Shown here: in pieces, positions 1 through 8,908 of the stretch | How positions within the stretch are numbered: position 1 is the stretch's first letter | How the letters are laid out: every line of letters begins with the position of its first letter | Assembly: GCA_964422025.1 (NCBI GenBank) | Contig: CAYQYZ010000001.1 | Span: forward strand, 184,200-248,199 | Direction: 5' to 3' | From: an uncultured Gammaproteobacteria bacterium | GTDB lineage: Bacteria > Patescibacteriota > Microgenomatia > UBA1406 > HO2-37-13b | Length of the DNA stretch: 64,000 nucleotides | Made by a program: the position numbers and the translations under genes | The notes under the pieces: generated by a model | Told to the model about the DNA's origin: nothing | Database searches by the model: none | Seen by the model: the letters and a program-made list of their open reading frames with translations, nothing else

Positions 1-1
1 T

Positions 2-832
2 TGAAAGCCTAACCAAGTCGGTCTTACCTGAGGATGGAACCCCAACAAATAACACCCACAACATGACTGGGTTCTTGAAAAAACCCGACACTACTACTGC
101 AAGTAATAATTTTAATGCGATAGCTGAATCAGGTAAAAAGGCAAGAACCTTTTCTTCTACTTCTAAATAGGTAACTTTTTTTTCTAATAAAATAGGTTGT
201 GCAATAAGCGGAGTTTCTGTCCCGCTATTATCATCTGAAATATTACTTACTAAGTATCTTTCCGCCTTATTGCATAATTCCATAAACTCTTCTCTCGTGT
301 GCCCAAGTCTGAAAAAGTCACCAATATCTTTTACACCCAAATCTATTGGTAAGTTCACAATATATATCTGCAAAAGGGGATTTTGCTTTCTGAGAATTTC
401 AGCAACTTTCGGTGCACCATTGCGCCCAGCAACATCGGCATCGTAAACGATATAAAGTTTGTCCAAGTTTTTGAAGGATAAAGCAAATTCTTCTTTAAAT
501 CCATTTACTCCCCCCGTTGTCGTTATTGCTGGGATTTCAAATGATTCGCAAGTCAAGCAGTCAAGTTCGCCTTCACATAATACACACCACTCATTGCTTG
601 GTAGTGTAGAAGTAGGATAAAGAGTAACTGGAGTGCGTGATGGGTTAATATACTTGTTGCCGACATTCCAAAGTGGGCTTCTTCTAATCTTATATTGCGT
701 TTCATCAGTTTTGGGATTTTTAATAGGAATATAAAGTCGTCCAGCATCAAAACCAATCCCTCTGCTTTCCCAAACCAGTCGCTTAATCATATGTTCCTTT
801 TCGAGAAATTTAACCCAATCATCGTGGCTCAT
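2..832 (-). CDS. TOPRIM primase fused to P-loop ATPase/helicase (partial, runs off the window start); phage/satellite replication protein
   Basis: Not in the ORF track. Manual translation from ATG at 832: MSHDDWVKFL...VLCEGELDCL...TTTGG...IVYDADVAGRNGA...KDIGDF (TOPRIM EGxxD and DxD motifs), then LFVGVPSSGKTD (Walker A). Confidence 0.85.
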   Translation of the reverse strand, partial: MSHDDWVKFLEKEHMIKRLVWESRGIGFDAGRLYIPIKNPKTDETQYKIRRSPLWNVGNKYINPSRTPVTLYPTSTLPSNEWCVLCEGELDCLTCESFEIPAITTTGGVNGFKEEFALSFKNLDKLYIVYDADVAGRNGAPKVAEILRKQNPLLQIYIVNLPIDLGVKDIGDFFRLGHTREEFMELCNKAERYLVSNISDDNSGTETPLIAQPILLEKKVTYLEVEEKVLAFLPDSAIALKLLLAVVVSGFFKNPVMLWVLFVGVPSSGKTDLVRLS

Positions 833-837
833 GCTTT

Positions 838-1086
838 TCATAAATTGTTAAGCAACTCACATGCGTGAGTAAATGTATAACTAAATTTCCTCATTACAAA
901 GTCAATTGCATTTCCACGTGCTTGGCAACCAAAACAATAAAAAGTGTTATCAGGATAGATATAGAATGATGGAGTCCTCTCATCGTGGAACATGCATAAG
1001 GTACATCTTTTACCGCCAATATTCCTTATTGGGGTTTCAATTAAGCTAGTAAAATCCTTTTTTCTTAATTCGTTTAAATTAATCAT
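838..1086 (-). CDS. Stand-alone CHC2 zinc-finger protein (DnaG-type zinc-binding domain)
   Basis: CMFHDERTPSF...FYCFGC...GNAIDFV matches the zf-CHC2 pattern. Confidence 0.85.
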   Translation of the reverse strand: MINLNELRKKDFTSLIETPIRNIGGKRCTLCMFHDERTPSFYIYPDNTFYCFGCQARGNAIDFVMRKFSYTFTHACELLNNL

Positions 1087-1197
1087 GTCCCTATTTAATC
1101 ACATTGGGAAAAACCTGTCACTTTGGCTCGGTGACTTATTCGTGCCTGAAATTTTGCGAAATAATTTACTGGTGACTTTTTGGGAGGTTAAAATGAC

Positions 1198-1680
1198 TTA
1201 TTTATGCTTAACTTCTTTCGATGCTTGTATGGTTCGGGGAGAATATATAAGTTGATAAAAAGAATCTATTTTTAAACCATTATTTTTTTCTGTATCAATC
1301 GTAAAACCCCAAATTACAATTTTGCGCTGCAATCTTCCCTTTAATTTTGAGCAGGCCTCTGTTGGAACATCTATCCGTAAACTACGGAGGCTATGAGGTT
1401 CTAAATCAGAAAGAATATCAAGAAGAGACCTTTCTTTTTTTCCTAATTTTGCTATTTTCTTAATTCTAGCTAGTTCCTTTTGTGTTGTCCTTTTTGGAAC
1501 TTTCTTTAAGATATCACTAGATTTATCTGGTATTAATGGAGTGTGTTTATTGGATAATCTTTTATTGATTTTTTTTAATTCCTTAAAGATGTCGTCGTTT
1601 TTCATTACACCTGTTACCATACCAGCAGGATTTTGTATTAAATCATAATCTTCCTCTGGGAAGTAATTGGTATCTACCAT
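1198..1680 (-). CDS. Hypothetical basic protein, possible C-terminal winged helix; first gene of the replication operon
   Basis: 160-aa Lys-rich ORF co-oriented with the primase genes and preceded by a terminator-type leader. Confidence 0.55.
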   Translation of the reverse strand: MVDTNYFPEEDYDLIQNPAGMVTGVMKNDDIFKELKKINKRLSNKHTPLIPDKSSDILKKVPKRTTQKELARIKKIAKLGKKERSLLDILSDLEPHSLRSLRIDVPTEACSKLKGRLQRKIVIWGFTIDTEKNNGLKIDSFYQLIYSPRTIQASKEVKHK

Positions 1681-1748
1681 AAAAAAAGCCTCTGTGGTGG
1701 TGCACAGAGGACTTTCTCTACAATTATATTATAGTTGCACCACCAACT
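1681..1748 (-). promoter_or_regulatory. Attenuator-like leader: terminator hairpin plus upstream hairpin with a complementary loop
   Basis: Minus strand: AGTTG-GTGGTG-CAACT ... CCTCTGTG-CACCAC-CACAGAGG-C-T7, directly followed by ATG at 1680; TATAAT at 1765-1760. Confidence 0.7.
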
Positions 1749-1789
1749 GTTTGTTCACTATTATATACCCATTTAAAGCGTTACGAGCA

Positions 1790-2452
1790 TTAGTTTCCTG
1801 CACATGAAGAAGCAGCCATCATCACATCAGAAGGAAATTGATTAGTTCGTTTATACTCAGCTTCAATTTGCGCAAATTCATGCATCACATAGTTCGTCTC
1901 AAAGTAGTTAAGAAGACAATTACAATAGTGCTGTTGTTGACTGAGATCTATATCACCAATATTTTTATAGCAACTATTTAAAAATGCGGTGCGCACGGTT
2001 ACTGGATACACATTACCGATTTTGCTAGTAGGAATAGCTGCTGCATGACTTTCCGGTTCTCCGAATTGATTTATAGCTGTTTCAGTTTCTGTATTTTGAG
2101 TATCAGTAGAATATTGTGTTGATGTTTTTGTATAGTCTTGTATAACCCAACCTATCACGATTAGTAAGGCTATCAATACAGTAATAATGCCTGCAGCTGT
2201 ACTCCATGATGCATCTTCCTTATTATTCTCCTTTGTTTTTGGCTTTTCATGGTAAGCCGCCTTCTCTTCTTTATCGTCGAAACCTCCTTCGATACCAATT
2301 TGTGTAAATAACCATAATACCCACGTACCAATTCCACCAAGAACGAGCCATAACACAAAGGCTAGTGCGTCTAGATGAAATAGGGAATTAACTAATTGGA
2401 ACAAGTAAAAGATGAGCCACCCAATGAAAAATATAATCCATCTCATATGCAT
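1790..2452 (-). CDS. Hypothetical membrane protein (about 3 TM segments, extracytoplasmic Cys-containing domain)
   Basis: Hydrophobic N-terminal segments; C-terminal SC...YCNC...SC motif. Confidence 0.7.
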   Translation of the reverse strand: MHMRWIIFFIGWLIFYLFQLVNSLFHLDALAFVLWLVLGGIGTWVLWLFTQIGIEGGFDDKEEKAAYHEKPKTKENNKEDASWSTAAGIITVLIALLIVIGWVIQDYTKTSTQYSTDTQNTETETAINQFGEPESHAAAIPTSKIGNVYPVTVRTAFLNSCYKNIGDIDLSQQQHYCNCLLNYFETNYVMHEFAQIEAEYKRTNQFPSDVMMAASSCAGN

Positions 2453-2556
2453 TGTATTCTACATTCACATATACGCACATAGCAAGTAGTAATTTATGCC
2501 TAATTGCTCGCTTTAAGCTAGTCGCTTTTCTAGCCTTCAGCTAGCAAAATAGTCTC

Positions 2557-2775
2557 ATGTCAGAAAGGATAACTAAAACAAAACTTAGATTGGGGAAAAA
2601 GATTCAACGAATAAGAGGTTTGCACCATCTTACTCAGGAGGAATTATCTGAAAAATTGAATATTAGCAGAACTCATCTAGGACATGTGGAACAAGGCCGT
2701 AAATCACCTTCGATGAAACTCCTAGAGAAAATAGCAAAAATACTTAAAGTAAAACCTCAGGATCTTTTTCCTTAA
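2557..2775 (+). CDS. XRE-family HTH regulator (controller-protein-like)
   Basis: LGKKIQRIR..LTQEELS..ISRTHLGHVEQG..SPS..LEKIA pattern. Confidence 0.9.
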   Translation: MSERITKTKLRLGKKIQRIRGLHHLTQEELSEKLNISRTHLGHVEQGRKSPSMKLLEKIAKILKVKPQDLFP

Positions 2776-2899
2776 AAATATTTTGCGTATTTAGAAGGGG
2801 GTAGACTATAGCGTTGTCAATATTACTTTGGGTGGGGTAGGGGTCTCTTATGAGGGTATTTGGATCTCGATTTGCTTAAATTATAGTATAATCTTAGAC

Positions 2900-3331
2900 A
2901 TGGATAAAAATACATCACAACTTCGCTCTGTATCTGCTATTACTGCAACTACAGCACATAATGCAGTTAGCGTTGCTTTTGCAGAAGCAACAAAAGCAGG
3001 TGTTAATATTTCTGTTGCGGTGGTAGATACGTCCCTTACACTTATTGCCTTCGCTAAAGGCGATGGTTCTACTGCTCATAGTGCAGAAACAAGCAAACGA
3101 AAAGCGAATACAGCAGCATCTACTGGAAAAGCAACAGGTTGGATGGATTCAAATCTTGCCACAACGCTTCCTATGGCTTCAGGAAACATACTGACCAATA
3201 TTCCAGGTGGTGTTCCGCTTCGATTCGATGGAGTTCTCGGCGGTGGACTGGGAATTGCTGGCGGAACGGTTGAACAAGATAACGCAATCGCTCACGCTAC
3301 TTTGCTTGCTATTGGCGCTGATACTGCTTGA
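2900..3331 (+). CDS. GlcG/HbpS-family heme-binding protein
   Basis: VSVAFAEA..VNISVAVVD..KANTA..GGVPL..GGLGIAGG..D motifs; ATG 2900 follows TATAAT at 2887-2892. Confidence 0.85.
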   Translation: MDKNTSQLRSVSAITATTAHNAVSVAFAEATKAGVNISVAVVDTSLTLIAFAKGDGSTAHSAETSKRKANTAASTGKATGWMDSNLATTLPMASGNILTNIPGGVPLRFDGVLGGGLGIAGGTVEQDNAIAHATLLAIGADTA

Positions 3332-4746
3332 TACGTGTTTTGTCGCAATCCGTGAATATTATTTCTTCTCTTTTTGACAGTTTCTTCATCTGTCCCTGCA
3401 GTAACCAAAATATTTCCCAACTCCATGCCTTGGGGTGTTGCAACGTAGTACGGAGCGAATCTATTGATAACCATAAGCTCTTTCGGTTTCGAGCGACTAT
3501 TACGAATGTGACTTACGGGGAATCGTGCAGACTCTTGGAATCGTTGAATAACCCAATAGCTTCCGCCATCCAGAGGTTCAGTAAGTGCGGATTCTAGCGC
3601 CCGTTTCCACGAATCAAGGTGAACATCTTCTGAGATTACCAAACCCTTTGATCCGGTTGAACCATCCGTATCTCCACCCCGTTTTAATACCATTTGGAAT
3701 TCTGGTTTTAATTGTGCGACATCATCAATAGTAAATTGCTCTGATCCGATTCGTACTAAACTACTAGTTGAATCGACTACTCCTGTAGGCGCATGCAAAT
3801 CCTGTAAATCTTGCTGTCGATCAAATACTGTTCCGTAAGCAGGATCAAAAAGTGTGCTCAGTAAGATTTTATCCGACAATGGCAATACGGATCCCAACAT
3901 ATCAACTTTGCCGTGCAGAGATGCTCGTACAAGTGCAACTTCAGATTCAAAACTTTTTCCTTTACTAAAGCCTGGGAGCTTGAATTCTCGATCAACAACG
4001 TCAAGTACAATTCGATTGCCGTCCTCTTCAAGGTATACTACATCTTCGCCGTATCTAATGTCGGACAATCGAGCAGTACGCCACGTAATTCCACGCCGTT
4101 TTCCTATTTCGGATGCAATCCGTGCAAAATATCTATTTTGCGAATCATACTCATTTCTGTAATCATCGGGGAGTATGGTAGCTACTTGAATAACTCCTTT
4201 ACCTCCGTGTCTTTGGCTAATTTGTCTTACGAATAATTGAGCTAGATTGGCTCCAATAACTTCCTTTCCTAAAAACTGTCGTGAATAATCGTTGACTCCT
4301 TGAGTATTGCCTTTATCAGCGCCACCATCTGCATTGTATTCAATAACAGTAAAGTCACCATTCGCATCAATAATCATGTCAGGACGTGAACTAAATACCC
4401 GTTCACCTTTCTTTGCCGCTTCAATCCACAATGCAATTGTTTCATCTGGAACTCCTGCAGTTATATATCGATTGAGTTGTTGTAATGATGGAGATAAATT
4501 TCGAGTACTTGGATTCAGTGCATTTCGTAGTAATGAAGCTGATCCATGGTGAAATGAGTGAATTAGCTCAGGTACATCCGTACCAAGAAATAATTCTTGC
4601 CTTTCAGTTACCTCATGAGTATTGAGTGCCAATGTCCAAGAAGCATCACCATTATCACGGGGTTTATCGCCATAGTAAAGATCATGCTCAGTTAAGTAAC
4701 CTTCAATTTGCGATGCAATTAGTTGTGGATCGTATTCGTTTTTCAT
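3292..4746 (-). CDS. Circularly permuted ATP-grasp ligase (glutathionylspermidine/glutathione synthetase-like superfamily), substrate unknown
   Basis: SRPD..IEYNAD (RxD/ExN), SDK, VLKR..GSKG, WVIQRF motifs. Confidence 0.75.
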   Translation of the reverse strand: MKNEYDPQLIASQIEGYLTEHDLYYGDKPRDNGDASWTLALNTHEVTERQELFLGTDVPELIHSFHHGSASLLRNALNPSTRNLSPSLQQLNRYITAGVPDETIALWIEAAKKGERVFSSRPDMIIDANGDFTVIEYNADGGADKGNTQGVNDYSRQFLGKEVIGANLAQLFVRQISQRHGGKGVIQVATILPDDYRNEYDSQNRYFARIASEIGKRRGITWRTARLSDIRYGEDVVYLEEDGNRIVLDVVDREFKLPGFSKGKSFESEVALVRASLHGKVDMLGSVLPLSDKILLSTLFDPAYGTVFDRQQDLQDLHAPTGVVDSTSSLVRIGSEQFTIDDVAQLKPEFQMVLKRGGDTDGSTGSKGLVISEDVHLDSWKRALESALTEPLDGGSYWVIQRFQESARFPVSHIRNSRSKPKELMVINRFAPYYVATPQGMELGNILVTAGTDEETVKKRRNNIHGLRQNTYQAVSAPIASKVA

Positions 4747-4751
4747 ACCAT

Positions 4752-4776
4752 AAAAAAACCCCGCCTTTGCGGGGTT
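4752..4776 (-). terminator. Attenuator terminator hairpin upstream of the ATP-grasp gene
   Basis: AACCCCGC-AAAG-GCGGGGTT-TTTTT ending 5 nt before ATG 4746. Confidence 0.85.
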
Positions 4777-4798
4777 AGCAAAAAGAAAAGATAGTGTA

Positions 4799-4870
4799 CT
4801 AACTATCTACCCCGCAAAAAGGCAGGGTGCAACAACAAGGACTATTTAAATTTGTATTTTTCGCTTTCAT
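4799..4870 (-). CDS. Cys-rich attenuator leader peptide MKAKNTNLNSPCCCTLPFCGVDS (23 aa)
   Basis: Manual translation; three tandem Cys codons (TGT TGT TGC) abut alternative hairpins; below the ORF-track cutoff. Confidence 0.75.
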   Translation of the reverse strand: MKAKNTNLNSPCCCTLPFCGVDS

Positions 4871-4877
4871 GATGTGT

Positions 4878-4906
4878 ATTGTATTTTACTCGTTCCTAAA
4901 AAGCAA
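4878..4906 (-). promoter_or_regulatory. Sigma70-type promoter for the leader peptide / ATP-grasp transcript
   Basis: TTGCTT-17 nt-TACAAT, 7 nt before the leader ATG. Confidence 0.6.
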
Positions 4907-4946
4907 CTGCATTGTGCTTACTATGAAAGGGCAGTATACTTTAAAC

Positions 4947-5423
4947 ATGATTACGACAATCCTATCAGATTTCTCTCGTGTTATTCTAAATCCAAAGGAT
5001 TCGACATATCCAGGCTCACTTAACGGACTGTATAAGGAATTAATAGCACGTGGAAAAGAATTTAATTTCGATGATTATTATGTTTTTAATGATGAGCTGC
5101 TTGAGATTTATGAGGAACTTAAACAAAAATATTCAATGAATATTTTTACTAGCGGCTCCATTCAGAAAAATTCTTCAGAAGTCCGAGCAAGAATCGATCC
5201 AATTTTTGAGAATATATTTACAGCACAGGATTATGAACTTAATAAGGAAGATCCACACGCATATCTTTTTATTGCTGAAAAATTAGGAGTCAAACCCGAA
5301 GAAATTCTTTATATTGACGATCTTAGGGAGAATGTGGATGCCGCAGCAAAAGCAAATTTGGTTGCAATGCAGTTTATAACAAATGGAGAGTTGAAAACAG
5401 TTATTCGTGAAATTCTGCTGTGA
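4947..5423 (+). CDS. HAD-superfamily hydrolase (subfamily IA-like)
   Basis: ILSDFSRV motif I, FTSG, K(E)DP, LYIDD motif IV; ATG 4947 follows TATACT. Confidence 0.8.
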   Translation: MITTILSDFSRVILNPKDSTYPGSLNGLYKELIARGKEFNFDDYYVFNDELLEIYEELKQKYSMNIFTSGSIQKNSSEVRARIDPIFENIFTAQDYELNKEDPHAYLFIAEKLGVKPEEILYIDDLRENVDAAAKANLVAMQFITNGELKTVIREILL

Positions 5424-5451
5424 TAATGGCGTCCAAATATATATTTGCTGT

Positions 5452-5910
5452 TTATCTCCTGACTTCTGCGAGCATCTCTTGAGACTGGGTTTCTACATTC
5501 TGTAATTCCTCCAAAACCTCTTCGTATGTAAGTGAGTTTAGTTGAAATGCGAAGGTATGATCAAGCTCATGTGTTCTATCAACATATACACCTTTCAGCT
5601 TAAGAAGCTCGATATTTGCCTTTAATACAGTTTCTGCGCTGATTTTTTCAGGTTTGAAATTGGCAATTGTGCCAATATTACTTGTAACCGCAGACACGGA
5701 TAGACCTTGCGCGCTCAAAGCCTCGTCTATTGCCTCTCTAACCTCAGGTTTACGGAGGTTCTCGCTTCCTATTGACGTTGCAACAGCTCTACTTTTTACA
5801 TCGTAGGATTGCATTACAGCATCGGTAGGAGATTCACCACTCATTACATGTTTAACAAAAACTGCTTGTTTCCGTGTGAGTTTTTTATTAAGTTTTGTTT
5901 CTCTACCCAT
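5452..5910 (-). CDS. Terminase small subunit-like protein
   Basis: LTRKQAVFV..Y..A..IGSENLRKPEVREAI, typical TerS N-terminal HTH. Confidence 0.75.
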   Translation of the reverse strand: MGRETKLNKKLTRKQAVFVKHVMSGESPTDAVMQSYDVKSRAVATSIGSENLRKPEVREAIDEALSAQGLSVSAVTSNIGTIANFKPEKISAETVLKANIELLKLKGVYVDRTHELDHTFAFQLNSLTYEEVLEELQNVETQSQEMLAEVRR

Positions 5911-5982
5911 AAATTCATTTTAGCATCATTTATCTCTAATTTCTAAGGTGCGTTTTTAAGAAGAAAGCGATATAATCGGATC

Positions 5983-7758
5983 ATGAAAAAAGATCAATAT
6001 GAAAAGCTAATTGCCGATATTGAAGCACAATCATTTGACATAAAGTATGACTTTGAGATTGCAGAAGCATTCAGTAGGCTCATTGAAGATCATAAAGATA
6101 GATTTACCACAGAGCAAGAGAAGCAACTAAAATGGGAGTTTTTACTGTTCCGGCTGATGACAAAAAACCACTTTGCATCTGACGGCTTGAAGACTGAGCG
6201 GTTTGTCCCAATGGCCACGTTCAATGATGGGAGCATTTTCCCAGATCCCAACTCATTTGCTGAGTCAGCACTTTTATACTTTGCGAGTAGAGCAAAAGAA
6301 TCAAAGAATCCAATTTTAAAAGCACGGTACTTAGATTTTTTATGGGAAAAGTCAAAGGATAAAAAGAAACATTTTTTTGCAATTGAAGCTATTGACCAGT
6401 ACTTACTTACAGTAGATTCCTACCAGGTAGAAGAAGCAATTATAGAACGGCTTGATGGCCTGCAAAGGGCGACTGAACTTGCGCTTATTTTTGAAGCTAA
6501 AAAGACCGAGCAACCACTATGCAGCAAGGTTGTTGCCAAGCTTAATGAGCTTATTGAAACAACAGCAAAGGATAAGAAATACCGATGGCTAATTGAGATG
6601 TTTGAGCTTGTTTTGACCCTTCCATCGTTCTACTCTGAAAAACAGGTTAAAGAGTTTATTTCTTTATGTGAGGCTGCTGCAGAGAGTTATCACGCTGATC
6701 AAAACTTCCATTTGCAAAGACATTTTTTGCAGCTAAAAGCAGACCTAATAAAACTCATAAACACTGCTACCAATCCTCAAAAAGCTGTGGATGAAGAGAT
6801 TGGTAAGGCCTGGATTGATGAAGCGGAAGCAAAATCTGGAAGCGGTCTTGTCAAAGTGCATTTTCTTCAACAAGCCATTGATCATTATTCCAAATTAGGA
6901 AATATGAAGAAAGTGGAAGAGCTTGTAACAGAAGTTAAAGCAGCTACTAAACAAGCCATTGATAACAAGGAGTTCAAACAGTTTTCCTCTACAGTTGAAA
7001 TGAAAAAAGAGGATGTCGAGAAAATGAAAGCAAGTCTTGGTACAGGTGAGGAAGTGCCTGAGAGAATTGGGACAGTGCCAACATTTTTCCCTAATTGGGA
7101 TCAGGCAGTAAAGATGACAGAGAAGCATCGTAAGGAGTTTGTCTTCTTGCATATGGTCAATAAGGTTAGTTATGGCCAGGAGTATCCCATAAGCTCTCCT
7201 CAAACTCCTGAGGAGCAACAGGAAGATCAAGTAATGGACAACTTCAAAATTATTGCTGACCTTTCACTCCAGTGGCTTACCAGTTTCTTAGAGGAGTTAA
7301 AAAAGGAGAAGAAAGTATCATTAAAGGATTTCCAAAAGTTTTTTTCATTTCTGAAGGCTGTTGATGAAGATACTCATGAAACTGTTTTGCAGGGATTAGG
7401 TTCATACTTCAAAGGCGATCATTTCAATGCAACTTATGTTTTAACACTACAATTGGAGGATTTCTTGAGACGATTACTTGCTGGTTTTGGGAAGGAAACT
7501 ACAATGCCTGAGAAAGGGGCTTTCAGAGAGAAAACATTGGGGCCAGTACTCCGTGAACTGAAAGTATATATCCCAGAGCCAATTTACCGGTATATTTGTT
7601 GGGTAATGGTAGATTATCGTGGCTTCAACCTGAGGAATGATATTGCCCATGGCTTTTTCAAGAAGAAGAGAGCAAACCCCATCTATTCAACTGCAGTCAT
7701 CCATATTTTCTGCCTACTGATCGCAAATACAAAGATATCTATTAAGGAGAGGAAATAA
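5983..7758 (+). CDS. DUF4209-like protein with a C-terminal HEPN-type RxxxxH motif
   Basis: Helical N-terminal region; QLEDFLR..TLG..GFNLRNDIAHG. Confidence 0.75.
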   Translation: MKKDQYEKLIADIEAQSFDIKYDFEIAEAFSRLIEDHKDRFTTEQEKQLKWEFLLFRLMTKNHFASDGLKTERFVPMATFNDGSIFPDPNSFAESALLYFASRAKESKNPILKARYLDFLWEKSKDKKKHFFAIEAIDQYLLTVDSYQVEEAIIERLDGLQRATELALIFEAKKTEQPLCSKVVAKLNELIETTAKDKKYRWLIEMFELVLTLPSFYSEKQVKEFISLCEAAAESYHADQNFHLQRHFLQLKADLIKLINTATNPQKAVDEEIGKAWIDEAEAKSGSGLVKVHFLQQAIDHYSKLGNMKKVEELVTEVKAATKQAIDNKEFKQFSSTVEMKKEDVEKMKASLGTGEEVPERIGTVPTFFPNWDQAVKMTEKHRKEFVFLHMVNKVSYGQEYPISSPQTPEEQQEDQVMDNFKIIADLSLQWLTSFLEELKKEKKVSLKDFQKFFSFLKAVDEDTHETVLQGLGSYFKGDHFNATYVLTLQLEDFLRRLLAGFGKETTMPEKGAFREKTLGPVLRELKVYIPEPIYRYICWVMVDYRGFNLRNDIAHGFFKKKRANPIYSTAVIHIFCLLIANTKISIKERK

Positions 7759-7759
7759 T

Positions 7760-8737
7760 ATGGTTTGGAAAATTGTTACAAAAGATATTGATCCTAATGA
7801 TCAAATAATAAAAGGACTCTTTGATGAAGCTGTTGCAGCTGCTCCGCCCAATTATGTAAAAACAATGGGTAATGGAGAGGTTGAAATGGAAGATACTGTA
7901 GCTTTGTTACCGCGTAATCCAATTAAAGGAAAGTGTCGCTTGTGTGGTCAAGAAGCCGATCTCACAAAAGAACATATCCCACCCAAGTCCAGTGGTAATA
8001 AGCAAAGACATACAAAACTAACTTTTGATGATTGGTTGAAGGATCATTTGGAAGCTAATTCCAATTCAAAGCATACTGTTGAACAGGGAGGTATTTTTGG
8101 ATACACACTTTGTCGCAAATGTAATTCACTTACAGGTAACCTGTATGGGACTGAATATAAGCTTTGGGTAGAAAGGGCACGAAAGCTTATAGATATTGAA
8201 ACTATTACCAAGTTGGACAAAATGATTGGCCCATTTGGAGATAGTCTTAATTTTGGAAGTAAAGAAGATGGTGGGGTCAAACCAGGGGCATTTGTAAGAC
8301 AAGTGCTGTCGTGCATGTGTAGCTTAAGTGGGTCGTGGGATTTAGCTGAAAAATATCCGGTACTTCGCAGGATAATTTTGGAACAGTCTACAGAAAAACT
8401 ACCTGCTGGATTAGAGATAGGTATGACAATTTACTTTGGCCCAAATGTACGCATTCATGGGCCACAGCTGAGAGTGGATAAAAAAACTGGAATATGGCGC
8501 TGGTGTCAAGAAATAGCATTTCCTCCTTTTGCATTCATGATGGTAATAGCCAGCAACAGCAAGAAGCCAGGAGAAGGTCTTCTGATAAACAACATGACAC
8601 AAGCCTCTCCAGATGAAATGCAAAACTTTACAGGTATCGTTGAAATGGGTTTTGGCTGGGCACCATATCCAGGAGACTATCGTTCAAAAGCTAGGATTAT
8701 TGCTGATCGCTCTATAAGAGATAAGATCTCAATGTGA
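7760..8737 (+). CDS. HNH-type (zinc-binding) endonuclease domain protein
   Basis: CRLCG..LTKEHIPP..LCRKCN; starts 1 nt after the DUF4209 gene stop. Confidence 0.75.
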   Translation: MVWKIVTKDIDPNDQIIKGLFDEAVAAAPPNYVKTMGNGEVEMEDTVALLPRNPIKGKCRLCGQEADLTKEHIPPKSSGNKQRHTKLTFDDWLKDHLEANSNSKHTVEQGGIFGYTLCRKCNSLTGNLYGTEYKLWVERARKLIDIETITKLDKMIGPFGDSLNFGSKEDGGVKPGAFVRQVLSCMCSLSGSWDLAEKYPVLRRIILEQSTEKLPAGLEIGMTIYFGPNVRIHGPQLRVDKKTGIWRWCQEIAFPPFAFMMVIASNSKKPGEGLLINNMTQASPDEMQNFTGIVEMGFGWAPYPGDYRSKARIIADRSIRDKISM

Positions 8738-8908
8738 AGCTAAGGCGTAATCCTTACTTGAGAAAACTTCAAAAAGTTGTGTCATTTCTTGTATGATCGG
8801 TTCGAGAAGCTCATCGTTAAGCACCCAAAGATAAGATGGACTTCAGAACTCCAATTTTTTTCTTGCGATTAATTTGAATCAAATAACGGCATACTATATA
8901 ATTTCAAT

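Larger units (their letters stand above)
1..8737. mobile_element. Putative integrated phage-satellite/prophage-like element or remnant; boundaries uncertain
   Basis: Primase-helicase, zf-CHC2, XRE, TerS and defence-like genes cluster together; no integrase or att site inside the window. Confidence 0.5.

Noticed and set aside
553-1255. ORFs 553..756 and 992..1255
   Set aside because: Alternative-frame or antisense shadows of the primase and zinc-finger genes.
4827-4946. N-terminal extension of the HAD ORF in the track
   Set aside because: It overlaps the Cys leader and its promoter on the opposite strand; HAD motif I begins right after ATG 4947, which has its own -10 box.
8738-8908. Possible gene remnant or att site at the element's right end
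   Set aside because: Only a short open stretch with no recognisable motif or repeat partner in the window.
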